Positions 10,596 through 18,924 of a stretch of DNA of 64,000 bases are shown here, piece by piece. The notes beneath the pieces were generated by a model. The model searched no databases. It was not told where the DNA came from and saw nothing but the letters and a program-made list of their open reading frames with translations. Source of the stretch: Bacteroidales bacterium (GTDB taxonomy: Bacteria > Bacteroidota > Bacteroidia > Bacteroidales > CAIWKO01). The stretch spans positions 1 to 64,000 of the forward strand of contig DAOORA010000003.1 of the NCBI GenBank assembly GCA_035389045.1, in the 5' to 3' direction. Each line of letters opens with the position of its first letter. Position 1 is the first letter of the stretch. The translations under genes and the position numbers were made by a program.

Positions 10596-11657
10596 TTAAT
10601 TTTTTAATACGGCTACAGGCATTTTTGTATCATAAGAGCCATTTAATACCGGATTTTGTTCATAATTGGTATAGGTACTAACTCCGTCCTTAACATATTT
10701 ATATAACTCTATGATTGTAATGATCTTATCGTTATCTTTATTTGCAAGCCCTTGTAGTCCTTTGATCAGAAAATATGTGAAGACACCGTGCTTTAATTCA
10801 CTATATTCCCCCGATACTTCAGCTGCTGTACATGACATGAGCCTGGGCATACTCGGTTTTGAATTAATAATTGCCAAATCCAGTGTCGTACTGGCTGTTT
10901 TTACACCTTTGTAAATACCTGCATAGCATGCATCTGCTAGACAGATTTTATTTTTTGCACGGCTTGCATTAAATGATGCTTCAATAATAGAATAGTATAA
11001 TGCTTTTTCATCGCTTGTTACAAAATAACCCTCCTTGCTCCCATGCCCTGAGAAATAAAAATAAATAACATCATTTGACTGTGCTTTTGAAAAAACATTA
11101 TTCATAGCCTTATTAATATTAACCAACGTAGCATTTTCATTAAGCAATAATTGCATCTGAGAAGAGGGCGTGCCCCCGCCTGCCTCGCTTTTTAAAAAAT
11201 CATAAACAGTTTTCGCATCCGATGCTGCAAAATGAAGCTGGTTAGCTTCACTTGCGTAATTGGAAATACCAACAATCACGGCATAAATGTTTACCCTGAT
11301 CGTATTAGTGTTGCTGGTTCCAGAATTTGCGGAAAGTAAATTGGAAAAATTTAAATCCGTACCATTTGCCTGTGATGTATTAGCTCCACTTGTGCCTGAT
11401 GATGTCATTTGAGTAGGAGGAGTCGTTGTAAAACTTCCATTATAATAATAGCAGTTTGTTGCCCTTGTTGGCTTGGTTTGAGGTGGTGGGGTCGTTGTAA
11501 ATTTGCCATTATAATAATAGGCGTTTGAAGCCCTAATGGGCTTGGTCGGCGCTTGTCCTTGAGCTTGTATTTGTCTGTTTTGCGAAAACACTGTCACTGA
11601 TTGCAGGGCAATCAAAGTGATGATTAAAATTTTCATTTTTGTTTTCATAATTTTCAT
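10596..11657 (-). CDS. secreted caspase-family (peptidase C14) protein
   Basis: signal peptide; AVIVGISNY, LHFAASDA, FYFSGHG (His), ADACYAG (Cys), HGVFTYFLIKGL, QNP. Confidence 0.9.
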   Translation of the reverse strand: MKIMKTKMKILIITLIALQSVTVFSQNRQIQAQGQAPTKPIRASNAYYYNGKFTTTPPPQTKPTRATNCYYYNGSFTTTPPTQMTSSGTSGANTSQANGTDLNFSNLLSANSGTSNTNTIRVNIYAVIVGISNYASEANQLHFAASDAKTVYDFLKSEAGGGTPSSQMQLLLNENATLVNINKAMNNVFSKAQSNDVIYFYFSGHGSKEGYFVTSDEKALYYSIIEASFNASRAKNKICLADACYAGIYKGVKTASTTLDLAIINSKPSMPRLMSCTAAEVSGEYSELKHGVFTYFLIKGLQGLANKDNDKIITIIELYKYVKDGVSTYTNYEQNPVLNGSYDTKMPVAVLKN

Positions 11658-11677
11658 TTTTAATTTGATAAATTTTA

Positions 11678-11854
11678 TTATCTTAATTTTACTTTTACTG
11701 CTTTAATAATTGAGATAACCTGTTCTTCAAACATATCGAATTGTAAAAGAGCATTGATAACCTCTTTCTCCGTTTTACCCTGTTCCAGCATGATTTTAGC
11801 AAGCTTTTTTGTTGCATTTGCTATCATTTCATAATTGTTTATTAACAGTATCAT
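11678..11854 (-). CDS. small hypothetical protein (58 aa, below the ORF-track cutoff)
   Basis: MILLINNYEMIANATKKLAKIMLEQGKTEKEVINALLQFDMFEEQVISIIKAVKVKLR*; fills the gap between a -7 element and the caspase gene. Confidence 0.55.
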   Translation of the reverse strand: MILLINNYEMIANATKKLAKIMLEQGKTEKEVINALLQFDMFEEQVISIIKAVKVKLR

Positions 11855-11876
11855 TTTATTTGGTTTTATTGTTAAA

Positions 11877-11928
11877 CAAAATTACCTTCAACTTGTTCTT
11901 ATAACAATTACAGTAAATATTCAGTAAA
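11877..11928 (-). promoter_or_regulatory. regulated promoter P1: 11-bp tandem repeat plus -7 element
   Basis: plus strand ATTACAGTAAA-TATTCAGTAAA (11907-11928); TAATTTTG on minus at 11877-11884. Confidence 0.7.
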
Positions 11929-12171
11929 TGTTTTTTTTGTCTTTTTCAGATACTTTTTAAAATATACAACAGGCAATCTCAGTTCCCCCAAATTAACCCA
12001 GTCGCCATCTCTCACAAGAAAATCATAATATAAAAAGTCCGGTAGGCTGGAATAACTGTAAATTATTTTATTATCCAAATTTAATCCGTAAATTAATATT
12101 TGTACGCCATGTTCAATAGGGACTATTTGTTCGAGTTTATGCCTTTGTCCGTTTTGTTTTTTTATCTTCAT
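11908..12171 (-). CDS. hypothetical protein (~87 aa)
   Basis: ORF with ATG at 12171 directly downstream of promoter P2; family not recognised. Confidence 0.5.
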   Translation of the reverse strand: MKIKKQNGQRHKLEQIVPIEHGVQILIYGLNLDNKIIYSYSSLPDFLYYDFLVRDGDWVNLGELRLPVVYFKKYLKKTKKTFTEYLL

Positions 12172-12200
12172 ATGCAATAGAGATTTAACAATTTATTAAA

Positions 12201-12252
12201 CAAAAATAGCCCGCTAATGCAGGCTATCCTATTACAGTAAAATTACAGTAAA
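12201..12252 (-). promoter_or_regulatory. regulated promoter P2: perfect 11-bp tandem repeat plus -7 element
   Basis: plus strand ATTACAGTAAA x2 (12231-12252); TATTTTTG on minus at 12201-12208. Confidence 0.7.
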
Positions 12253-12324
12253 TTAATGCGCTTGTTCCTCAGGTGTGAAATTTACACTTTGGGTTTTGAC
12301 ACCAATAGGAAAAAAATGAATCAT

Positions 12325-13578
12325 TTATTCTTCAAGATTTTCAATGATTTCGTCAATTGTTTTTTTATGCCGGGTATCACCTATCCACCGGTCAACAATT
12401 ATAAATTTCATCTTATTAATCGTATCAGGGATATAGCTCTTTTCAATATTAAGGGCCTTAGTTTGTTTTAACACATCGGGTTTCAGTACCTGCTCCTTAT
12501 ATAAATAATGTAATTTAAGCTCTTCATGAATTCTACTCCACACACCGTTGTCTGCAATGTATTGAGTGTTTTCTTCATGCAGGGCAAAATATAAATAAAG
12601 AAGAGACCCCAAATCCCCAAGCCATTTTATATGCGTATACGAAGGGATTCCATAGTGATGGTCCTTAAAAACCTCATACGGCGTTTCAGTGTCAATAAGT
12701 TTTACGGAATTTCCCATATCGCCAATCTTTTCTCCACACAATGCTTTGTGCAATTTTTTTAACCAGGATTCTTCCTTTTGCCACATCAATAAAGGAGTTT
12801 CTTCTGCCCGGGCAATATCCTTATCTGTAATAACCCTTGTCTTTTTCGAAGATTTTAATGCCTTGCTGATAATGGTATGCAAATAAATAATATTATCACA
12901 TTCCAAACTGGCAAGCCTCTCGCATCCCTCCGGTGATAATACTTTTTCATCTTGATATAAATGTTTGTTGATTTGGTCAAAAATTATCTGGACGAGCAGG
13001 CGTTTCTCTTCTGTTTTCTGTAGATTATTGTTTTTTGTAAGATTAAAAAACTTAATCAGGCTGCTATTTAGTACTTCCAATCTTTTATTGCTTAATATAA
13101 GCTGATTCTGAAGTTCAAAAATTCTCAAACTTGTGGTAACCATTGCACGAAGGATGTAATAGTTCTTATCTGTTTTATCAATAAACCCGTTAATTTCATA
13201 CCCCAGGGCAATCTCGTGCGGAAACATAATTGTTTTTCCTGCCTGCCCCGTACATATGATTATTTGAGTAAGTTTGTTTTTCTGATGATGCCGCAGGAAA
13301 TTGACAACTTCAAATCCGCTTTTGTCGTTTTCCATTACAATATCTAACAAAATAACTGCCGGGCCGGCAACTTTTAACGATGCAATTGTATCTGCTGCAT
13401 TTGTGAAAAAATGAAGTTTCAAATTTTTGCCATTGTATGTAAAATCATCAAGGGCTAATTCTGTTGATTTTAGTGTGTTTGGGTCATCATCTACCACGTA
13501 AACAATCCATGGATCGTTATCCAATACTATTGTTTCTTTTCCCTTTGCAAATTGATACATCTCTTTTTCCATAAACAT
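12325..13578 (-). CDS. response regulator (receiver domain plus uncharacterised C-terminal domains)
   Basis: VVDDDP, ILLDIVME (phosphoacceptor Asp), TGQAG, FIDK; lies 15 bp downstream of the kinase. Confidence 0.88.
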   Translation of the reverse strand: MFMEKEMYQFAKGKETIVLDNDPWIVYVVDDDPNTLKSTELALDDFTYNGKNLKLHFFTNAADTIASLKVAGPAVILLDIVMENDKSGFEVVNFLRHHQKNKLTQIIICTGQAGKTIMFPHEIALGYEINGFIDKTDKNYYILRAMVTTSLRIFELQNQLILSNKRLEVLNSSLIKFFNLTKNNNLQKTEEKRLLVQIIFDQINKHLYQDEKVLSPEGCERLASLECDNIIYLHTIISKALKSSKKTRVITDKDIARAEETPLLMWQKEESWLKKLHKALCGEKIGDMGNSVKLIDTETPYEVFKDHHYGIPSYTHIKWLGDLGSLLYLYFALHEENTQYIADNGVWSRIHEELKLHYLYKEQVLKPDVLKQTKALNIEKSYIPDTINKMKFIIVDRWIGDTRHKKTIDEIIENLEE

Positions 13579-13593
13579 ATATATTTACTTTAT

Positions 13594-15513
13594 CTAATTA
13601 TCATTGTCAGAACTTTTAATAGGGAAAGTAATTGTAAAAGTCACGCCAAGTGATTCATCGCTTTCGCAGCGAATATTTCCTTCCAGCCCTTGTTCCACAA
13701 TTCTTTTGACATTGCTTAACCCCATTCCTTTAATGCCCTTCTGAGTTGAAAAATAATCATCAAATATTTTTGGCAAAATGTCTGGGGGTACGGGTCGCCC
13801 ATTGTTGTTGCAATTAATAATTAGTTCCTCTTCTTTCTTATCAACAAAAATAGATATTTTTTTATCTGGGATCTCATAATGATTAAAACCGTGTTCAATT
13901 GCATTGTTTACAAGGTTTAATATTACCTGTGAAATAAATCCCGGATGTGTTGAAATGCATAAGTTCTCAGGGGCTAATATGCTATATGATATTTTTTCTT
14001 TTTGTAGTTTATATGAAAGTGTTTGTACACATAACTCCAGGTATTCTTTTAATTGAATAGTTTTTAACTCATTTCTTACCTGATCGGCAGTGATGGTCTG
14101 GAAGCTATCTATCCATTCTGCCACCCGGTTCATGTCCGAATAAATAAGTTCGCCTATTTCAAAACTTTTATTTCTGAAACTAATCAAATCTGATTCTGAT
14201 AATTCTTGCTCTTTTAATTTTAAATCCAGTTTTGTGATTAAAGCGCATAATGTGCTTGAAAACAATTTTGTGCTACCTATAGGTGTTTTCAGGTCATGAG
14301 CCAAACCTACTACCATATCGCTTATGAAGGCTTTTTTCTGCGATTCAAACAACTTTGCAGATGATTCTTCCAATTCATCTGTAGTTTGTTGAAGTTTTAA
14401 ATGCATATCTTTTAAATCAGAATAAGCAGTATGTATTTGCTTGTTCTTTTTTGATAATTTTTTTAAGAAAAATAAAAAAGTAAACAATAATAAAATACAA
14501 AGTGTTATGATGCTTAATGCTACAAATAATTTTATCGATAACTTCTTTTTTGCTTTTGTGGTTTCACTAATTATATCGTATTGGTTTTGTATTGAATCTT
14601 GCTGTTTGCTTATTATTATTGCGTTATTATTTATAGTATTACATGCTCTTTCTATTTCCTTATCCAATGAAATAAGGCTGTCTTTTTTAAGTGCTATTAT
14701 GGAATTTGTTGACAATATCCAGGAGTACATTTTATAATACATAAGATAATCAGCACTAACAAAAACATCATTAAAATTTAAATTTTTCTCTTCAGGTAAA
14801 TATTTAATATTTTTTAAATCAGCCGCTAAGAGTTCTGATTGTTCATCATAATCACCCTCATAGCGGTAACGAAAATTGATTAAATATGCAGGTAGTGTTC
14901 TCAATTTTGTGCTACTAATATTAAGAACGGCAAGTGAATACTTTAATTTAATAAATGATTCAGGCAATTCTTCAAAATCATTATTATGTAAATATAAATC
15001 TAAAAGCGTTGTTAGTGCTCCAATATTTTCAGGTAATTTTTTTAATTTGTTATACGATAAATTCAAATACCTTAGGTTACAAAGATGTTCAATATTCTCA
15101 GGCAATACTTGTATCTCATTAAAACTTAAGTTCAGGAATTCAAGCGACTTTAGTTCAAATAATTGGGGTGATATCTTTTTAATTTTATTGTTCCCCAAAC
15201 TAAGGTGTTTTAAATTTTTCAGTTTCGACCAATCAAGACCACCTAAGCTTTCATTATCACAGGAGTCAGCTTCAAGCCATAATAGATTGGGAAATTTAAT
15301 CAACTTCTCTGTTATATTTTTATCTTGATAGTTAGAAATGTTTAATTTAATCATTTGTTCCGGACTAATCTGTTCCAAGTCGCGATAAGTGTGAGCAGGC
15401 ATATCCATTAACTCATCATATGTTTTGCCTTGCTGTGCGTATAGAGAAACAGATATGCCAACTAAAAACACTGTAAGAAACTTTGTAAAAATTGTGCTAA
15501 TGTTATTTTTCAT
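13594..15513 (-). CDS. leucine-rich-repeat sensor histidine kinase
   Basis: signal peptide; ~6 LxxLxLxxNxLxxLP repeats; one TM helix; H-box LAHDLKTP; N-box NLVNNAIEHG; NNNG, IFDDYFST and GMGL boxes. Confidence 0.92.
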   Translation of the reverse strand: MKNNISTIFTKFLTVFLVGISVSLYAQQGKTYDELMDMPAHTYRDLEQISPEQMIKLNISNYQDKNITEKLIKFPNLLWLEADSCDNESLGGLDWSKLKNLKHLSLGNNKIKKISPQLFELKSLEFLNLSFNEIQVLPENIEHLCNLRYLNLSYNKLKKLPENIGALTTLLDLYLHNNDFEELPESFIKLKYSLAVLNISSTKLRTLPAYLINFRYRYEGDYDEQSELLAADLKNIKYLPEEKNLNFNDVFVSADYLMYYKMYSWILSTNSIIALKKDSLISLDKEIERACNTINNNAIIISKQQDSIQNQYDIISETTKAKKKLSIKLFVALSIITLCILLLFTFLFFLKKLSKKNKQIHTAYSDLKDMHLKLQQTTDELEESSAKLFESQKKAFISDMVVGLAHDLKTPIGSTKLFSSTLCALITKLDLKLKEQELSESDLISFRNKSFEIGELIYSDMNRVAEWIDSFQTITADQVRNELKTIQLKEYLELCVQTLSYKLQKEKISYSILAPENLCISTHPGFISQVILNLVNNAIEHGFNHYEIPDKKISIFVDKKEEELIINCNNNGRPVPPDILPKIFDDYFSTQKGIKGMGLSNVKRIVEQGLEGNIRCESDESLGVTFTITFPIKSSDNDN

Positions 15514-15560
15514 ATTCGTTTTGTATTTTGGGGTTACCGTTCAAAAAAAATAAGATAATA

Positions 15561-15612
15561 CAAAATAACCTTAAAAAAAAATCCTGATAACTATCAGTAA
15601 ATTTACGGTAAA
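15561..15612 (-). promoter_or_regulatory. regulated promoter P3 upstream of the kinase-regulator operon
   Basis: plus strand CTATCAGTAAA-TTTACGGTAAA (15591-15612); TTATTTTG on minus at 15561-15568, same spacing as P1 and P2. Confidence 0.6.
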
Positions 15613-15667
15613 TTAAATATTCTTGCATTAATATGATTTTTGTTCAAACAATTTAAAATTTTTAATT

Positions 15668-16402
15668 ATGAAAAAAATTATTATTGCAAGCGTGCTGATC
15701 ATGTTATATATAACATGTGTAAAATCCCAAAATGACATGTCCTTAAATGAGGCAATATCAAAATCCAAAGATTTGACGGATAATAACTGGCCATTAAAGG
15801 ATTCCTCAATAGCCAGGCAAATAGCAAATACATTTATATATAATTCCGTGCCGGAAAACATTAAGGCTAAATCATTAGATTATCTCAATAAGGCAACACT
15901 CATAATTTCTGTATATTCTCCATATTTTAACAATATGAATGGCCTGGTTGATGAAATGAAAACGGGAATAACCGAAAAAGACAGGCAGATTCTGGAGGAA
16001 AATATTCAAATTGCCTTCCCTGAACTCCAGGACTTTTCTTTATGGAGTTGTACAAAATTTCTGCTCAAAAACCATTCTAAATTTCCGGTATATTTAGCAA
16101 ATGAAATCATACTTAAAGTAATCTTTGGTACTCCGGAAAGAAATGGTGATGATGGTTTGTTCAAATGGATCAACTGTAATGTTTTAGAAGATAAATGCTT
16201 TGAAGCTATTGCGCCCATGTTTGATTATTATTTATTAGAATATGCTCCAAAAACCATTGTTTACGATAAAAAATCAATTAAATTCGATGATTTATGTGGG
16301 GCCTATGGATGTTACGAAGAATTTTTGAACAATTGTAAACTGGCAATAACAAAAGGTTATGTCTTCCCTGAAATTGATAAAATTAATTGCAAACCAAAAT
16401 AA
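15668..16402 (+). CDS. hypothetical exported protein
   Basis: 244 aa ORF with N-terminal signal peptide; Cys-rich C-terminus. Confidence 0.75.
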   Translation: MKKIIIASVLIMLYITCVKSQNDMSLNEAISKSKDLTDNNWPLKDSSIARQIANTFIYNSVPENIKAKSLDYLNKATLIISVYSPYFNNMNGLVDEMKTGITEKDRQILEENIQIAFPELQDFSLWSCTKFLLKNHSKFPVYLANEIILKVIFGTPERNGDDGLFKWINCNVLEDKCFEAIAPMFDYYLLEYAPKTIVYDKKSIKFDDLCGAYGCYEEFLNNCKLAITKGYVFPEIDKINCKPK

Positions 16403-17212
16403 ATGAAAAAAACACACAAAACCGCCAGGCTTGTCTATCAAAGCATTTTCATGGTTGTGATTAGCATAAATATTGCCTGTTCACACCATAAAAGCGAAAA
16501 TATTGATGCCCATTGCAATGGTCAAACAGCAACCGAAAGGTCATCTATAAATAAAGATTCTGCGATTGACAAAATCCTTCTTGTTGGTTTCAGTGATGAT
16601 AGCATTCAAAAAAATAAAGAAATAAGCATGCTTTTAGAATATATGGAAAAAAAAGAATTGGATTTAAAATACAGAAAAACAATGCTCATTAGTCTTGAAT
16701 CAATGGAAGTATGCATGAATTCATCACAAAAACTCAGATTTGTAAAATTAAGGGATTCCAAAACAACAAATGTGTGTTACGTTAATCAATCCGGTGGCGA
16801 ATTTGATACGGTTACTTTTAATAAGAATCTGAAATTATATTTAAGGTCGAATCATTATAAGGTTTATGATGATTTAAGTACTGAGCAGCTTGCAGCAAAA
16901 TGCAATGAAATTTTTACTGATAAAGTTAACGCAAGATATGCATCAGGCGTTCCGGCAAACCAGGTTTTAACAGCTGATGATTTAAACTATTTGGCCGGGT
17001 CAAGTGGCTTTTTGGAATATTGCTATGAAAAAATCATTTCAATAAATGACAGTACAAAGAAATTAGCCTGGGTTAAAAGCTTAAGCATTATAAATGAAAT
17101 GATAAATGCCGTACCGGTTGTTTTGTGGAATGATAAAAAAGTAAAAGTGAAGCGGGCTTCGCAATATTACCTTAATTCAAAATACAATGAATTAATTGAG
17201 AATTATAAATAA
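16403..17212 (+). CDS. hypothetical lipoprotein
   Basis: 269 aa; lipobox-like NIAC; ATG abuts the upstream TAA. Confidence 0.72.
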   Translation: MKKTHKTARLVYQSIFMVVISINIACSHHKSENIDAHCNGQTATERSSINKDSAIDKILLVGFSDDSIQKNKEISMLLEYMEKKELDLKYRKTMLISLESMEVCMNSSQKLRFVKLRDSKTTNVCYVNQSGGEFDTVTFNKNLKLYLRSNHYKVYDDLSTEQLAAKCNEIFTDKVNARYASGVPANQVLTADDLNYLAGSSGFLEYCYEKIISINDSTKKLAWVKSLSIINEMINAVPVVLWNDKKVKVKRASQYYLNSKYNELIENYK

Positions 17213-17231
17213 TTTCCTTATGACAACGATA

Positions 17232-17383
17232 AATTAGTGTATGTCCATAAAGTCGGAGTTTGAACCAGTATGTTCGAATTCGAGGCTTTCGAAGTTTTGA
17301 AAATCAAGGAGTTTGCTTTTGCAAATGACTGTTTTTAAAACGAGAATAACGATGAAGTCGGACATGATGGACAAACTCTAATT
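17232..17383. mobile_element. MITE/REP-like element with terminal inverted repeats
   Basis: AATTAGTGTATGTCCAT (17232-17248) vs ATGGACAAACTCTAATT (17367-17383), 15/17 complementary; non-coding interior. Confidence 0.6.
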
Positions 17384-17396
17384 AATAAACAAAAAC

Positions 17397-17840
17397 ATGA
17401 ATAGTACAAGAAAACAATTAATCACAATTATTATTGCAGTTATAGCCCCTTTAGGTGCTTTTAGCTCTTGTTCAAACAACAATGTCAAGCCCTATGATGG
17501 TTCGGGCGACACAACAAAAATAGAAATAATTAAGAAAATACTAGCGGATAGCATCCACGACTTTACTGATTATGAGGTATTATTTTCAGGTACAGATCCT
17601 CTGGTGATGGAAGCAGTAAATGTTTTCAAATCAGACACCTCTGAAGTTAATGCTAAAAGATTATTAGTATTAGAAAAGTTATATCGTTCTGCTGAGGAAA
17701 TGTCGAACAGGCTTTTGCTAACAAAGGAGGCAAAAACACAGGCCGATTCAATTATCAGTTGGCCTATTTTCAGGTGGGGGTCTGAACCACATAAAAAATG
17801 GCGCAATGCAATATCGGAAGCGGCAAAAAAGATTTACTAA
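17397..17840 (+). CDS. hypothetical lipoprotein
   Basis: 147 aa; hydrophobic leader ending FSSC. Confidence 0.72.
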   Translation: MNSTRKQLITIIIAVIAPLGAFSSCSNNNVKPYDGSGDTTKIEIIKKILADSIHDFTDYEVLFSGTDPLVMEAVNVFKSDTSEVNAKRLLVLEKLYRSAEEMSNRLLLTKEAKTQADSIISWPIFRWGSEPHKKWRNAISEAAKKIY

Positions 17841-17881
17841 ATTGTATTGTTCAGAATTTCAAATTTAAAAACCTTCTGCCA

Positions 17882-18781
17882 ATGAGTTTAATTTTTTTAA
17901 GCAAAATAAAAAGTCAGACCGCTGCGATTTTAAAAGCGCATGAAGTAATTGAAGATGCTGAGGCAGGTCAGATTGATTATAGTAAAGCTAATAACCTCAA
18001 CTTTTGGAGTCATAAGGGCTTGTGTTTTAAGCTTAATTATAACAAATTTTCTACCGGCCTTATGTTTTTTGAAATTTTAGGTAAAGAAGAATTATTCGAC
18101 AATGAACCATCTGATGCACCTTTAATTATAGATGGCAGCCATAATGAGACCAATAAAATTGTAAGTGATATTTTTTATAATGATTACCGCATAGAATTAA
18201 GCTATGATAATGGTAAAAACTTCATTAGAAAAACTTATGTGGACAAAACTAAATCACAAGCTGTGCAATGCGATTACAATGTATTAATTAATCCAATTTC
18301 CGGATATTTATTAAATTTTCAATTGACCTTATCTGGCGCATACAATGACCCTCAAGGGGAAAATAAAAGAATTGAATATCACAACTCCATTTTTTTTATG
18401 TCCGAGCCGCATCCTTCTGATAATACAATAATTGATTATCAAACACTTTTTGTCGTTGAAAAGAACTGCTCATTGATGACGATATATAATCCGATAAAAA
18501 AAGAACCCTTCCCGATGGACAAACGAAACACGTATGTTTTTAGATTTAACAAAAACTGGGTATTTGAAGAAGCATATAAGTTGTTTATGAATAAAGATCA
18601 AAAATGCTGGTCTGCCTCCATGGATGCGGAAGAAATAAAAAGTATTTTCATCCCGGGCTTTGGTTTTGATCCTTTCAATACAACTTTCAATTTCAATTCA
18701 AGCATGGAAAATATTATGAAAGGTGTTGATGACAGTGAAAATATTGACCTGAAAAAATGTATTATAAAAAATTACCATTGA
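17882..18781 (+). CDS. hypothetical protein
   Basis: long ORF; ATG at 17882 chosen to avoid overlap with the upstream gene; no signal peptide. Confidence 0.7.
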   Translation: MSLIFLSKIKSQTAAILKAHEVIEDAEAGQIDYSKANNLNFWSHKGLCFKLNYNKFSTGLMFFEILGKEELFDNEPSDAPLIIDGSHNETNKIVSDIFYNDYRIELSYDNGKNFIRKTYVDKTKSQAVQCDYNVLINPISGYLLNFQLTLSGAYNDPQGENKRIEYHNSIFFMSEPHPSDNTIIDYQTLFVVEKNCSLMTIYNPIKKEPFPMDKRNTYVFRFNKNWVFEEAYKLFMNKDQKCWSASMDAEEIKSIFIPGFGFDPFNTTFNFNSSMENIMKGVDDSENIDLKKCIIKNYH

Positions 18782-18924
18782 TTTTCGATTTAAAAGAATA
18801 TAATGACTGTTCCTTAAAATTGTATTCCAAAGCTTGCCAGCTTTCTAAAGCATTAAATTGTCTTTGCAAGATAATTCATGTTGGAACTGCATGGTGCATT
18901 TGAATAGATAAAATAAAAATATAT

